Below are positions 46,476 through 57,404 of a stretch of 64,000 bases of DNA, in pieces. The position numbers and the translations under genes were made by a program. Location: NCBI GenBank assembly GCA_017630405.1, contig JAGBVH010000024.1, forward strand, positions 31,638 to 95,637, given 5' to 3'. The notes under the pieces were generated by a model, which saw only the letters and a list, made by a program, of their open reading frames with translations, did not search any database and had not been told where the DNA came from. This stretch comes from Alphaproteobacteria bacterium. GTDB lineage: Bacteria > Pseudomonadota > Alphaproteobacteria > Rs-D84. Position 1 is the stretch's first letter. Each line of letters opens with the position of its first letter.

Positions 46476-49310
46476 ATGACAGGTGTAATAAAAATTCGCG
46501 GTGCGCGCGAAAATAATCTTAAAAATATCGATTTGGATCTGCCAAAAAATAAATTGGTGGTCTTTACTGGCGTGTCCGGATCGGGTAAGTCGTCATTGGC
46601 ATTTAATACAATTTACGCCGAAGGCCAGCGCAGATATGTGGAATCATTGTCCAGTTATGCGCGTCAGTTTTTGGATATGCAAAAAAAACCAGATGTTGAC
46701 TTTATAGAAGGACTTTCGCCTGCAATTTCAATCGAACAAAAAACAACATCAAAAAATCCGCGTTCAACTGTTGGTACTGTGACGGAAATTTATGATTATT
46801 TAAGATTGTTGTGGGCACGTATTGGGGTGCCGCATTCGCCTGTGACAGGATTGCCGATTAAATCACAAACGATTGCGGAAATGGTCGATTGGACTATGAA
46901 AATTCCAAGTGGAACCAAGATATTTATTATGGCCCCACTTGTGCGCGAGCGTAAGGGTGAATATCGCAAGGAATTGGCGTTCTTGATAAAACAGGGGTAT
47001 CAGCGCGCGATTATTGATGGGGAATTGGTCGATTTGTTCGCAGTTGGTACACTGGACAAGAATAAAAAACACAATATCTTTGTTATTGTGGATCGTTTGC
47101 AGATGCCAGCGGAGGGTAGTGATGATGAAGAATTTCGTTCGCGCCTTTATTCATCGTTCGAAGGCTCGTTGCGATTGGTGCCTGGGGCCGTGTTGGTGCG
47201 CAGACTGGATACAAATGAAGATACATTATATTCACAAAGCTATGCCTGTCCGGTCAGTGGGTTTACTGTGCCAAAGATAGAGCCAAGATTGTTTTCTTTT
47301 AATGCTCCAATGGGCGCGTGCCAAAATTGTGATGGTTTAGGTGTGCAGTTAAATATGTCACCTGATTTGGTGGTGCCAGATCCTTCTAAATCTATATTGG
47401 GTGGTGCGATTGCACCTTGGTCACGTGGTGGGATGTTAAGCCAGTTTGAACATCTGTTGGATGCATTACATAAAAAATTCAAGATTCCTTTGTCCAAGCC
47501 TTGGCATACATTGACCCAGGAACAAAAAGATTTGATTTTGTATGGCAGTGGTGATGAAACTATTAAAATTAACTGGAATGGTTTTGTGTATGAAAAACCA
47601 TACGAAGGCGTTATCCCAAATATCGAGCGTCGCTGGCGCGAATCGGAATCAGAAGCGATGCGTGCGGAATTGGCGAAATATCAATCTGAAAAGCCTTGCC
47701 CCGTTTGTCACGGCAAGCGTTTGAATATTCATGCGCTGTGTGTTCGTATCAATGGTGCGGATATTATGGATGTGTGTGATATGGCTGTTGATGACAGTTT
47801 AAAATGGTTCAAAGATTTGCCGAATCATTTGTCACAGAAAGAAAACGATATCGCGCGAATTGTTCTGCGTGAAATTACAGACAGATTATACTTTTTACAA
47901 AATGTTGGATTGGGGTATTTGACCCTTTCGCGTATGGCGGGAACTTTGTCCGGTGGTGAAGCACAACGAATCAGACTTGCATCACAAATTGGCAGTGGGT
48001 TGTCTGGTGTTTTATATGTTTTGGACGAGCCTTCGATTGGTTTGCATCAGTGTGATAATGATAAATTGCTGGATACTTTGAAGATGTTGCGCGATAAAGA
48101 CAATACTGTGATTGTTGTCGAACATGATGAAGATGCGATGCGTGCCGCGGACTATTTAGTTGATATTGGTCGTGGTGCGGGTGTTAACGGTGGTAATGTT
48201 GTAGCACATGGAACTCCAGCGCAGGTTATCAAGAACAAGGATTCTATTACTGGTCAATATTTATCAGGGAAAAGAAAAATCGAAGTTCCTAAAAAACGGC
48301 GCGCGGGTAATGGCAAAGTAATCAGCGTTATGGGCGCACATGGTAATAATCTAAAGAACATAAATGTTGATTTCCCGTTGGGTAAGTTTGTTGCCTTGAC
48401 TGGTGTTTCGGGGTCTGGCAAATCAACTTTGTTGTTGAATACGCTTTATCCTGCCTTGATGCGTGCACTTTATAATTCCAAGATGGAAACTGCGCCGCAC
48501 GATATCATTCGTGGCATGGAAAATGTGGACAAGGTTGTCGATATAGACCAGTCGCCAATTGGGCGCACGCCACGCAGTAATCCTGCGACATATACTGGTG
48601 TGTTTGGCGATATTCGAGATTTCTTTGCAGGCCTGCCCGAGGCGAAGGCGCGTGGATACACTTCTGGGCGTTTTTCGTTTAATGTCAAAGGCGGTCGATG
48701 CGAAGCCTGTCAGGGCGATGGTCAGATTAAGATTGAAATGAATTTCTTGGCTGATGTTTATGTTCAATGTGACTGTTGTCATGGAACACGATATAACGAA
48801 GAAACATTGGCGGTTAAGTATAAGGGTAAATCAATCGCTGATGTGTTGGATATGACCGTTGATGAAGCGTACAGATTCTTTATCAATGTGCCAAAAATTG
48901 CGCGCAAGTTGGAATTGTTAAAGCGTGTTGGATTGGATTATATCAAATTGGGGCAAAGTTCACTTGATTTATCCGGTGGTGAGGCCCAGCGTATAAAGTT
49001 GTCCAAGGAATTGGCGGCACGCAGTACAGGACAAACGATTTATATTTTGGACGAGCCAACAACAGGGTTGCATTTCGAAGATATAAAAATGCTGCTGTCT
49101 GTATTACATGAATTGGTCGAGCAGGGCAATACTGTAATCGTTATCGAACACAATCTGGAAGTAATTAAAACAGCGGATTGGATTATTGATTTGGGACCAA
49201 CCGGTGGTGCGGGCGGTGGTCAGTTAATCGCGTATGGTACCCCAGAGGACATCGTAAAAGTTCCAGAATCCAAGACAGGAAAATATTTACAAAAGTATCT
49301 GGACAAATAG
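46476..49310 (+). CDS. uvrA: Excinuclease ABC subunit A
   Basis: 944 aa. Two ABC ATPase modules with Walker [10 protein letters not shown] / GVSGSGKST. Zinc-finger Cys pairs. LSGGEAQRI signature twice. Confidence 0.95.
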   Translation: MTGVIKIRGARENNLKNIDLDLPKNKLVVFTGVSGSGKSSLAFNTIYAEGQRRYVESLSSYARQFLDMQKKPDVDFIEGLSPAISIEQKTTSKNPRSTVGTVTEIYDYLRLLWARIGVPHSPVTGLPIKSQTIAEMVDWTMKIPSGTKIFIMAPLVRERKGEYRKELAFLIKQGYQRAIIDGELVDLFAVGTLDKNKKHNIFVIVDRLQMPAEGSDDEEFRSRLYSSFEGSLRLVPGAVLVRRLDTNEDTLYSQSYACPVSGFTVPKIEPRLFSFNAPMGACQNCDGLGVQLNMSPDLVVPDPSKSILGGAIAPWSRGGMLSQFEHLLDALHKKFKIPLSKPWHTLTQEQKDLILYGSGDETIKINWNGFVYEKPYEGVIPNIERRWRESESEAMRAELAKYQSEKPCPVCHGKRLNIHALCVRINGADIMDVCDMAVDDSLKWFKDLPNHLSQKENDIARIVLREITDRLYFLQNVGLGYLTLSRMAGTLSGGEAQRIRLASQIGSGLSGVLYVLDEPSIGLHQCDNDKLLDTLKMLRDKDNTVIVVEHDEDAMRAADYLVDIGRGAGVNGGNVVAHGTPAQVIKNKDSITGQYLSGKRKIEVPKKRRAGNGKVISVMGAHGNNLKNINVDFPLGKFVALTGVSGSGKSTLLLNTLYPALMRALYNSKMETAPHDIIRGMENVDKVVDIDQSPIGRTPRSNPATYTGVFGDIRDFFAGLPEAKARGYTSGRFSFNVKGGRCEACQGDGQIKIEMNFLADVYVQCDCCHGTRYNEETLAVKYKGKSIADVLDMTVDEAYRFFINVPKIARKLELLKRVGLDYIKLGQSSLDLSGGEAQRIKLSKELAARSTGQTIYILDEPTTGLHFEDIKMLLSVLHELVEQGNTVIVIEHNLEVIKTADWIIDLGPTGGAGGGQLIAYGTPEDIVKVPESKTGKYLQKYLDK

Positions 49311-49348
49311 GCTTAATGACAATAAAATCATAGAAAAGGAGTGAAAAA

Positions 49349-49873
49349 ATGTTTGGTTTCGGTAAAAAGAAAGAAAAAAAAGTAGTTGATAATTCTGTTC
49401 AAAATGATGCGGCAGCGGTTGAAAAAGAATTGGAAGCAAAAATGCCTAGCGGTATGAAGGAAACTGCCCAGCGTATGATGTCTGGTCAATTTGATATGAA
49501 CGATATGTTGGCCCAGTTAAAGCAGATTAAAAAGATGAGCAATTTTAGCGGACTGTTGAAAATGGTGCCTGGGATGAGTGGTGCTGTGTCTGCGATGAAG
49601 GAAAAGATTAAAGACGGCAGCGTTGATGCCCAGATTAAAATCTTGGAAGCGATGACTGTTGCGGAACGCGCAGAACCAGAAAAAGTTTTCGCAAATGCCA
49701 AGGCGCGTATCGCTGAAACAGCGGGTTGCACTGTGCGCGAAGTTGAACATATTATTAAGCAGTATACCAAGATGAAACAGCAGATGGCTATGATTCAGCG
49801 TATGGGTGGAATGGAAGCGATTATGGCAAAAATGCAACAGCAGCCAGGACCAAAACCTCAGGGAGTTAAATAA
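49349..49873 (+). CDS. Stand-alone SRP54/Ffh M-domain homolog (no NG GTPase domain)
   Basis: SGQFDMNDMLAQLKQIKKMSNFSGLLKMVPGM and AMTVAERAEPEKVFANAKARIAETAGCTVREVEHIIKQYTKMKQQMAMIQRMGGM align with the Ffh linker and M domain (E. coli GDGFDLNDFLEQLRQMKNMGGMASLMGKLPGM ... [48 protein letters not shown]). Confidence 0.7.
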   Translation: MFGFGKKKEKKVVDNSVQNDAAAVEKELEAKMPSGMKETAQRMMSGQFDMNDMLAQLKQIKKMSNFSGLLKMVPGMSGAVSAMKEKIKDGSVDAQIKILEAMTVAERAEPEKVFANAKARIAETAGCTVREVEHIIKQYTKMKQQMAMIQRMGGMEAIMAKMQQQPGPKPQGVK

Positions 49874-49875
49874 TA

Positions 49876-50151
49876 ATGTTGCTTGATAAGGTTGTGATGG
49901 GTGTTGCTAAAAGGTTTCAAAGAACGCCTGTGCATGTTGTGCCTCCTGTGGTGGTTTATCGTGAATATCGTGATGCAGGGCGAACATTGGTTGGTGTTCG
50001 TGTGACAGTACGGTATGTCGAATGTGGTATAGTTGAACATTGGTTTACGTCTGATGAAGATAATTTGTGTATTGTGTCTGCAGACAAGGCACATGAAAAC
50101 GCAATCGCCTTTTATCAAAAGGTGGCAAGCAGATTGTATAGGCAAAGATAA
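49876..50151 (+). CDS. Hypothetical small protein
   Basis: 91-aa ORF starting 3 nt after the M-domain gene stop. No motifs. Confidence 0.3.
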   Translation: MLLDKVVMGVAKRFQRTPVHVVPPVVVYREYRDAGRTLVGVRVTVRYVECGIVEHWFTSDEDNLCIVSADKAHENAIAFYQKVASRLYRQR

Positions 50152-50162
50152 AGGATAATATC

Positions 50163-50426
50163 ATGAAGATAGATTGGAAACATTTGTTTAATTGGGAAAT
50201 TTCCAAAGTTTATCGTCCGGTTAAGGCGGTGCAATCTGGTGTGCATGGCTATATGGTTGCCGTAGAGTACAAGTTTCATGGTAAGGAAGAGCTTTTCTTT
50301 TCGGTAGAAGATGAGCGTATGTACACAACATATGTTAATCCTGAAACAGCAGCACATGAATGCTATGAGGCTTATGTGAAGCATCAAGAAAGACAAATGG
50401 GGCGTAATGTTGCGCGGGTGCGTTAA
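50163..50426 (+). CDS. Hypothetical small protein
   Basis: 87-aa ORF tightly packed between the previous ORF and rlmE. No motifs. Confidence 0.3.
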   Translation: MKIDWKHLFNWEISKVYRPVKAVQSGVHGYMVAVEYKFHGKEELFFSVEDERMYTTYVNPETAAHECYEAYVKHQERQMGRNVARVR

Positions 50427-50432
50427 TTTGAT

Positions 50433-51098
50433 ATGAAAATAACGAATAAAAAAATTGCATCAAGAAAATCATCGGTCGCGTGGCTGCAGCGTCAGGCGAA
50501 TGATCCTTATGTGGCGCGTGCGCATAAAGATGGATATCGTGCGCGTGCGGCATATAAATTGATTGAAATGGATGAAAAGTTTCATTTCCTGCGCAATGGT
50601 CAGGTCGTGGTTGATTTAGGGGCTGCACCTGGGTCTTGGTCGCAATATATCGCGCGTACATATCCAAAATCCAAAATTTTTGCTATGGATTTGTTGGAAA
50701 TATCACCAATTGTAGGCGTGGAAACATATCAAGGGGACTTTACCAGTGACGAAGCGTTGCGCTGGCTAGAGGATAAACTGGGCTTGCCTGCGGAAGAATA
50801 TGGCGCAGGGACGGCTGATGTGGTTGTTTCTGATATGGCGCCAAATACGGTTGGACATAAAAAGACAGATCATATTCGTCAAATGGTTTTGTTGGAATAT
50901 GCGCTGGATTTTGCGTTGCGTGCGCTAAAGGTCGGCGGAACATTTGTTGTAAAATCTTTTACGGGTGGGTCAACTGGCGAATTAGTTAAACAGATTAAAG
51001 AAAATTTTGAAACAGTGCATCATATTAAGCCACCTTCGTCACGCAAGGATAGCGTGGAAATGTTTATCGTTGCACTTGGATTCAAGGGTATAAAATAA
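50433..51098 (+). CDS. rlmE: 23S rRNA (uridine-2'-O)-methyltransferase RlmE/FtsJ
   Basis: SRKSSVAWLQRQANDPYVARAHKDGYRARAAYKLIEMDEKF...VVDLGAAPGSWSQYI, with conserved K-D-K-E residues. Confidence 0.9.
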   Translation: MKITNKKIASRKSSVAWLQRQANDPYVARAHKDGYRARAAYKLIEMDEKFHFLRNGQVVVDLGAAPGSWSQYIARTYPKSKIFAMDLLEISPIVGVETYQGDFTSDEALRWLEDKLGLPAEEYGAGTADVVVSDMAPNTVGHKKTDHIRQMVLLEYALDFALRALKVGGTFVVKSFTGGSTGELVKQIKENFETVHHIKPPSSRKDSVEMFIVALGFKGIK

Positions 51099-51173
51099 AA
51101 CGGCATTATTGTCGTTTTATTTTTTTATAAATTTATGATATAATACACAGGTCAGATAATAAGGAGAGATCTT

Positions 51174-51638
51174 ATGGCAAAACAAAAAATGGTGCCGTTT
51201 CATGTGGCAGTTAAAAACTTTTTTACGCGTTATTTTGAATTTTCCGGAACCACCACGCGCAGTGAGTATTGGTTTGCGATACTGTTTTTGTGGCTGATGG
51301 GGATGGTATTGGCGTTGATAGGGGTTGGTCTGTTGGATAATATATGGTCGTTGGCTATATTTATTCCACAGTTGGCGATGGGTGCTCGTCGTTTCCATGA
51401 CGCTGGATATTCAACCAAAAGATTCTTTGGTTTGGTGGGTACGATTTTTGTCTTATATATTTTTATGGCCGCTTTGACATTGTTGGGCGAGGCAGGGTAT
51501 GAGATGGCCTGGGGCTGGGCGGAAATACCTGCTATGCTTTCTGTTTTTGCTGTTTTGGGATTGACAATTTATACAATCTATATCATGTGCAAACCAACAA
51601 AAGTAATATCAAAGACAAAAAGAGCCAAAAAGAAATAA
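51174..51638 (+). CDS. DUF805 (YhaH-like) inner-membrane protein
   Basis: RSEYWFAILFLWLMGM... and GARRFHDAGYS, characteristic of DUF805. Confidence 0.65.
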   Translation: MAKQKMVPFHVAVKNFFTRYFEFSGTTTRSEYWFAILFLWLMGMVLALIGVGLLDNIWSLAIFIPQLAMGARRFHDAGYSTKRFFGLVGTIFVLYIFMAALTLLGEAGYEMAWGWAEIPAMLSVFAVLGLTIYTIYIMCKPTKVISKTKRAKKK

Positions 51639-51672
51639 AAGAATTCCCGCGTTTGCGGGATTTTTTTTATTG
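51637..51672. terminator. Bidirectional terminator between the DUF805 gene (+) and rnhA (-)
   Basis: AAAGAATTCCCGC gttt GCGGGATTTTTTTTATTG. Confidence 0.7.
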
Positions 51673-51682
51673 TTGTTGTATG

Positions 51683-52111
51683 TTATTTTAATTTTTCGGC
51701 GGCGGTGCGGGCCAATGTATCAACGCGTTCGTTCATTTCTTCGCCGGCGTGTCCTTTGACCCAATGCCAATGAATTTTTTTAGTAGATGCCAATTCGTCC
51801 AACTGCATCCACAAGTCCTGATTTTTAACAGGTTTCTTGTCCGCGGTGCGCCAATTATTTTTTTTCCAATTTTTTACCCAGGATTGCATTCCGTTTTTTA
51901 CATACTGGCTGTCGGTGTGAATTTCCAACTCGTCATGACGGCTGGCCGCCGTCAGGGCCCGGATAACCGCCATTAATTCCATGCGATTGTTTGTTGTGTT
52001 TTGTTCGCCACCGCTGCGTTCTGCGATGTTTTTCCCATCAGTTGCAACAAATCCCCAGCCCCCTGGGCCAGGATTTCCAAGACAACTGCCATCAGTCCAA
52101 ATTTTTAACAT
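51683..52111 (-). CDS. rnhA: Ribonuclease HI
   Basis: MLKIWTDGSCLGNPGPGGWGFV... and TNNRMELMAVIRAL...HWHWVKGHAGEEMNERVDTLA, with the conserved DEDD/His residues. Confidence 0.9.
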   Translation of the reverse strand: MLKIWTDGSCLGNPGPGGWGFVATDGKNIAERSGGEQNTTNNRMELMAVIRALTAASRHDELEIHTDSQYVKNGMQSWVKNWKKNNWRTADKKPVKNQDLWMQLDELASTKKIHWHWVKGHAGEEMNERVDTLARTAAEKLK

Positions 52112-52147
52112 TTTTTATTCACCTGTTTTGTGGTATAATACCATAAA

Positions 52148-53929
52148 ATGAAGTTCGATGCCAAACAATTAAAAGATATGTCAAATGCCGTCCGCGCTTG
52201 GGCGGTGCATGCTGTGCGTATGGCGCGCAGTGGGCATGTTGGCATTGTTTTGGGGGCGGCCGATGTTGTGACAACGGTTTTTGCAAATTTTATGCGATTT
52301 GGCCGTGACCGATTCGTTATGTCTGCGGGGCATGGCAGTGCGCTGTTGTATTCTGTCCTAAAAATGTGCGGATATGATGTCGGTGATTTAAATGCTTTTC
52401 GTAAAATTGGTGGGCCGGCAGGGCATCCTGAATATGGTACGCCCGGCGTTGATGCGACAACTGGTCCTTTGGGGCAGGGTGTTGGTAATGCCGTTGGGTT
52501 GGCGTTGGCGGAAAAAATTAACAAGACCGATGCGCGCGTTTATTGTCTTTGTTCTGATGGCGATTTGATGGAGGGTGTGGCCCAGGAATCAATCGCGTTT
52601 GCAGGACGATATGGGTTAAATAATCTGGTGTTGCTGTGGGATGATAATGGTATATCTATTGATGGTGCGGCGATGACGGATGTTGATGTGGCTGCGCGTA
52701 TGGCGGCGGCGGGATTCCATGTGCTGCGTGTGGCGGGTGATGACTTTGCCAAGATAAATCGTGCGTTGACGGCAGCGCAAAAGTCCAGCAGCGCGCCTGT
52801 GTTTATTCAATGTTGTACCCAGATTGGACGCGGGTCCAGTTTGGCAGGCAAAAGCAAGGCGCATGGTAACGCATTAAGCGATTCGGAAATGATGCAGTTG
52901 GTTGAAAAATATCTGTGTCCGCGTGGTGAAAGTTTATGGGCCAAGGTTGCTGCCGATAAGAAAGATGTATTTCGTGCGGCGGCGATTGAGAATATTCCAA
53001 ATGTTTCGTTGCCACCGGTGGGGGAATATGTTTCTACGCGTGAATTGTCGGGAATGTATTTAAATGGTCTGTTGAAAACTGGGTTGCGATTGATTGGCGG
53101 CAGTGCGGATTTGGGTGGCAGTACCAATGTTAGGGTTGAAAACTCGCGCGAGATTACAGCCGATGATTTTACCGGTAATTATATAAACTATGGCGTTCGT
53201 GAACATGCGATGGGTGCGATAATGAACGGCCTTTCCATTGCTGGATTACATCCGTATGGTTCGACTTTCTTGGTGTTTAGTGACTATATGCGTCCAAGTA
53301 TTCGTTTGGCTGCTTTGTCGGGGTTGTCGGTCATATATGTGTTTACGCATGACAGTATTGCGGTTGGCGAAGATGGTCCAACGCATCAACCGATTGAGCA
53401 GTTGCCATCGTTGCGACTGATTCCTGGTTTAAATGTATTTCGACCATGTAATGGGCTAGAGGTTGCATATGCGTGGCGGCGTGCATTGGCAGATATATCA
53501 CATCCGTCCGCGATTATTTTGTCGCGTCAGGCATTTAAGCAGATTCCTACACCGCTGGATGTGGAAATAGGGCGCGGTGCGTATATTATTCATCCTGCGC
53601 GCGCACGACGCGTTCGTGCGACTATTTTGGCCACAGGCAGTGAAGTGCCGCTGGCGGTTGAAGTTGCAGCGCGTTTAGGTGATGCGGTTCAGGTTGTGTC
53701 TGTGCCGTCTGTGGCTGATTTTCGCGCACAGGATTCAGAATATAAAAATAAAATGTTGGCGGGATTTGTGGTCGCGATTGAGGCGGCAGCATCCGCGCCT
53801 TGGTTTGAATTTGCAGATGCCGTTGTTGGTATCGATAACTTCGGTGTTTCGGGGCCTGGGGCCGAAGTGTATGCGCGTATGGGATTTGATGCCGATATAA
53901 TCGCGCGTGATATAAAGGCCAAGATGTGA
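52148..53929 (+). CDS. tkt: Transketolase (compact, 593 aa)
   Basis: SGHVGIVLGAADVVTTVF, SAGHGSALLYSVLKMCGYD, and the TPP motif CSDGDLMEGV. Pyrimidine-binding and C-terminal domains present. Confidence 0.85.
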   Translation: MKFDAKQLKDMSNAVRAWAVHAVRMARSGHVGIVLGAADVVTTVFANFMRFGRDRFVMSAGHGSALLYSVLKMCGYDVGDLNAFRKIGGPAGHPEYGTPGVDATTGPLGQGVGNAVGLALAEKINKTDARVYCLCSDGDLMEGVAQESIAFAGRYGLNNLVLLWDDNGISIDGAAMTDVDVAARMAAAGFHVLRVAGDDFAKINRALTAAQKSSSAPVFIQCCTQIGRGSSLAGKSKAHGNALSDSEMMQLVEKYLCPRGESLWAKVAADKKDVFRAAAIENIPNVSLPPVGEYVSTRELSGMYLNGLLKTGLRLIGGSADLGGSTNVRVENSREITADDFTGNYINYGVREHAMGAIMNGLSIAGLHPYGSTFLVFSDYMRPSIRLAALSGLSVIYVFTHDSIAVGEDGPTHQPIEQLPSLRLIPGLNVFRPCNGLEVAYAWRRALADISHPSAIILSRQAFKQIPTPLDVEIGRGAYIIHPARARRVRATILATGSEVPLAVEVAARLGDAVQVVSVPSVADFRAQDSEYKNKMLAGFVVAIEAAASAPWFEFADAVVGIDNFGVSGPGAEVYARMGFDADIIARDIKAKM

Positions 53930-53932
53930 TTT

Positions 53933-54640
53933 ATGGCGGAATATGTTTTTGTTTTGTCGGATGATTCCCAAGTTCCTGTTGTGATTAACAGTCGTCGTGG
54001 TTTGCGTAATATAACAATTCGGCCAAAGTTTGCGCCGGTGCGGGAAATTCATATATCTAAACCTTGGCTGGTGTCGGACAGGGCGGCAATTAAGTTTCTG
54101 GAATCAAAACAGCGATGGGTTGAGTCTGTGTTTGCAAAATGTCCTGAAAAGCAGGCTATTTATCCGAATATGGAATTGGAATTTTTGGGGCGGCGGGTGT
54201 TGCTGGTACATGATTCAACGCGTCATTCGAATAAATTTCAAATTTTGGATGATGGGACGGCCCAACTGATTGTTGGGGGCGATATTTCTATGTTCCCGCG
54301 GCGCGTTCGTGACTTTATCAAAGCTGAATTTTTGCGCGAATTAAAGAATATGATTCATAGCGCGCCACGCGAATTTTGGCCAGCACGAATTGCTGTGCGC
54401 GATACGACGAGTCGTTGGGGCAGTTGTTCCAGTACAGGAACAATGTCTTTTTCTTGGCGGTTGGCTTTTGCGCCAACAGATGTGATGCGATATGTCGTAA
54501 TGCATGAATTAGCACATAAAAAACATATGGATCATTCGCCAGAATTTTGGGCCGAAGTTCGTGGCTTGTATGGATTTGGCGTGGAACGCGCAAAACGCTG
54601 GCTGGCGCAAAATGGTGCAGGGCTGCATGCGTTATTTTAA
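53933..54640 (+). CDS. YgjP-like metal-dependent hydrolase (DUF45/WLM family, HExxH)
   Basis: VVMHELAHKKHMDHSPEFWAEV contains HExxH plus a downstream E, typical of DUF45. Confidence 0.6.
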   Translation: MAEYVFVLSDDSQVPVVINSRRGLRNITIRPKFAPVREIHISKPWLVSDRAAIKFLESKQRWVESVFAKCPEKQAIYPNMELEFLGRRVLLVHDSTRHSNKFQILDDGTAQLIVGGDISMFPRRVRDFIKAEFLRELKNMIHSAPREFWPARIAVRDTTSRWGSCSSTGTMSFSWRLAFAPTDVMRYVVMHELAHKKHMDHSPEFWAEVRGLYGFGVERAKRWLAQNGAGLHALF

Positions 54641-54972
54641 GGCGGAATATGTGCCTGTGGCGAATTAATCTAATTTTTTGTATCATATATATTGTCGTGG
54701 GGCGTATCAGAACGATAAAAACACAGATGTTATAAGTAAGTTTAATCTTTTCTTTCGTCATTTGTGTGTTTTGTGCGTCCCCGACACTTGTTTTTACTTG
54801 AAAAATGAAAAAAATGCCCTAGAATTATAGGGAAATGATAGAAAATAAGTTCATTTTTGTTGTTTTTCATCACGCCCACGCGGGCGAATATTAGCATATT
54901 GACTTTTTATATGATATAATTGGCATTAATAGTGTCACAGGTTTCCATACAAAAACAATAGGAATAAATAAA

Positions 54973-56274
54973 ATGGATTTGAAACCAACAAAACCCTTGT
55001 CGGGATTTATAGAATTATTACCAGCCGAGCAGCGTTGCTTTGATTTTTGTGCTGCGCGTATGCTGGATGTGTTGAAAAACTCTGGTTTTAACCAGTTGGA
55101 TTTGCCGGCCATTGAACGAGCCGAAGTTTTAACGGACAAAGATAACTGGGATGAAATTGAAACCCAGATGTTCTTGTTCCAAAAAGGCGATACAAAAATG
55201 GGTTTGCGTTATGATGGGACTGTTGGATTGTCGCGCTATGTTGCGGGGCATCTTAATAATTTGACGTTTCCGTTCCGCGCAAGTCAGTTTTCTAAGCGTT
55301 ATCGTGGTGAACGCGCGCAGCGTGGTCGCTATCGCGAATTTTATCAGATGGATATGGATATAATGGGTGTTAATTCATTGTCCACGAATTATGATGCTGA
55401 AATTATTTCTGTGATTCAGCGTACATTGAATTCTGTGTCCGAATTTATTGGTGAAAACGAAGTGCGTGTAGGTTCTCGTCCATTCTGGGATGCATTGTTT
55501 GACTATCTGGAAATGACAGACGGCCAGAAAAAAGATGTGTTCGTTTTAATCGATAAAAAAGATAAAATGGGCGATGAAGACTTTGCCGAGGGGCTGCGTG
55601 ATACATTAAATGATGCCGAAAAAGAAAGTCAAATCAAATCAGTATTTACAAATGGTTATTCTGGGTTCTTGAACAAGTCTGACAAGTTGGATGCAGCGGT
55701 CGCGGAACTGAATAATTTTATGAATACGCTGGAATTGTTTGGTGTAAAAAATGCGACAATAGATTTATCTATTACACGTGGTTTGGCATATTATACGGGC
55801 TTGGTGTTTGAATTTAAGTTGTTAAGTCATCCGGAACTGGGTACCGCGGCCGGTGGTGGTCGTTATGCGGACTTGGCGGGTAAATTTAGCAAGACTAAAA
55901 TTATTGGTGTTGGTGCCGCGATTGGTTTTTCGCGTATATTTGTTGCGCTGATGGAAGCAGGCGCGATTGATTTGACACAATTTGAGTCGCCGGTAGAAGT
56001 TTCTGTACTGTGTATGGGGGCGGATAATTTGGCGTATGCTGTATCTGTTTTGAATGCTCTGCGTGATGAAGATATTGCCGCAGTTGCGTATTTGGATGCG
56101 GATAAAAAGTTTAAAAATCAAATTGAATATTCTGATAAAATCAAGGCTAAATACAGTATAATAATTGGTGAAGATGAAGCAAAAAATCAAGCTGTTGCAT
56201 TGAAAGATATGACTTCGGGACAGCAACAAACATTGACTTTGTCGGATGCTGTAAAATTGTTAAAGGTTGCGTAA
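54973..56274 (+). CDS. hisS: Histidyl-tRNA synthetase (class II)
   Basis: Class II motif region [33 protein letters not shown]-terminal alpha/beta anticodon-binding domain ([11 protein letters not shown]...[18 protein letters not shown]). Divergent N-terminus. Confidence 0.7.
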   Translation: MDLKPTKPLSGFIELLPAEQRCFDFCAARMLDVLKNSGFNQLDLPAIERAEVLTDKDNWDEIETQMFLFQKGDTKMGLRYDGTVGLSRYVAGHLNNLTFPFRASQFSKRYRGERAQRGRYREFYQMDMDIMGVNSLSTNYDAEIISVIQRTLNSVSEFIGENEVRVGSRPFWDALFDYLEMTDGQKKDVFVLIDKKDKMGDEDFAEGLRDTLNDAEKESQIKSVFTNGYSGFLNKSDKLDAAVAELNNFMNTLELFGVKNATIDLSITRGLAYYTGLVFEFKLLSHPELGTAAGGGRYADLAGKFSKTKIIGVGAAIGFSRIFVALMEAGAIDLTQFESPVEVSVLCMGADNLAYAVSVLNALRDEDIAAVAYLDADKKFKNQIEYSDKIKAKYSIIIGEDEAKNQAVALKDMTSGQQQTLTLSDAVKLLKVA

Positions 56275-57340
56275 TATGATTATAGAACAAAAGTTAAAAG
56301 ATATTCAGGCGCGTGCAGCAGCTATCGAGGCGCAGATGAATTCGGGCGAGGTTGCTGGTGATGATTTGGCTAAATTGTCCAAGGAATATTCTCGCCTTAA
56401 TGAAATACTGCCGCTGATTAACGAATATTTTCAAACTACGGCTGGTATCGCGGATGCAGAAGCGATGCAGGCTGATCCTGAATGGCGCGATTTAGCGACA
56501 GAGCAGTTGATTGAATTGAATCATGCGCTGCCTGATATTGAAAAAAAGTTGCAAATTGCGTTGTTGCCACGTGATGATGCGGATGACAATAGTGTGATTA
56601 TGGAAATTCGTGCTGGCGTTGGTGGTGAAGAATCTGCGCTTTTTGCGGGCGATTTGTATAATCAGTACAAATCTTATGCGTTGCGTCAGGGCTGGAAGGT
56701 TGAAGTTATTGAAGAAAACGCAACTTCGTTGCGCGGGTACAAGGAAATTGTATTCAAAATTGATGGCGCGGGCGCGTATGGTCGTATGAAATTTGAATCA
56801 GGTATTCATCGCGTTCAGCGTGTGCCAGAAACAGAGGCGGGCGGTCGTATTCATACCAGTGCAGCATCTGTGGCTGTTATGCCTGAAGCAAAAGAAATTG
56901 ATGTTGTTATCGAAGATAAAGATATCCGAATTGATGTGTTTCGTGCGTCTGGTGCAGGCGGTCAGCACGTTAATAAAACAGATAGCGCTATTCGTATTAC
57001 GCATTTCCCAACAGGGATTGTTGTCACATGTCAAAATGAACGCAGTCAGTTCCAGAACAAAGCTGCGGCGATGGCGGTGTTGCGTTCTAAACTGTATGAA
57101 AAGCAACGCAACGAACAGGTTGGGGCAAGTAATGATGCGCGTAAAAGCATGGTTGGCTCGGGCGATCGCAGTGAAAAGATTCGTACATATAATTTTCCAG
57201 AACAACGTGTCACAGATCATCGTATTAAGTTGACATTGTACAAATTAGATGATATCCTATCTGGTGGAGCAGGGTTAGATGAAATGATTGATGCGCTGAT
57301 TGCTGCTGACCAGTTGGAACAACTGGCAAATATGGAATAA
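56267..57340 (+). CDS. prfA: Peptide chain release factor 1
   Basis: RF1-type ...[14 protein letters not shown] and the GGQ motif ([20 protein letters not shown]). Overlaps hisS by 8 nt. Confidence 0.9.
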   Translation: MRNMIIEQKLKDIQARAAAIEAQMNSGEVAGDDLAKLSKEYSRLNEILPLINEYFQTTAGIADAEAMQADPEWRDLATEQLIELNHALPDIEKKLQIALLPRDDADDNSVIMEIRAGVGGEESALFAGDLYNQYKSYALRQGWKVEVIEENATSLRGYKEIVFKIDGAGAYGRMKFESGIHRVQRVPETEAGGRIHTSAASVAVMPEAKEIDVVIEDKDIRIDVFRASGAGGQHVNKTDSAIRITHFPTGIVVTCQNERSQFQNKAAAMAVLRSKLYEKQRNEQVGASNDARKSMVGSGDRSEKIRTYNFPEQRVTDHRIKLTLYKLDDILSGGAGLDEMIDALIAADQLEQLANME

Positions 57341-57359
57341 AAAAGTTTCTTTCTTGTCT

Positions 57360-57392
57360 AAAAATCCCGCGATTGCGGGATTTTTAATTTTT
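57360..57392. terminator. Bidirectional terminator between prfA (+) and an OMP gene (-)
   Basis: AAAAATCCCGC gatt GCGGGATTTTTAATTTTTG. Confidence 0.7.
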
Positions 57393-57404
57393 GTTTTCAA
57401 AGTT

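Noticed and set aside
54641-54972. 330-nt intergenic region upstream of hisS as a possible T-box or riboswitch leader
   Set aside because: No recognisable T-box specifier/antiterminator (AGGGUGGNACCGCG) or other riboswitch consensus was visible. It is more likely just promoter and UTR.
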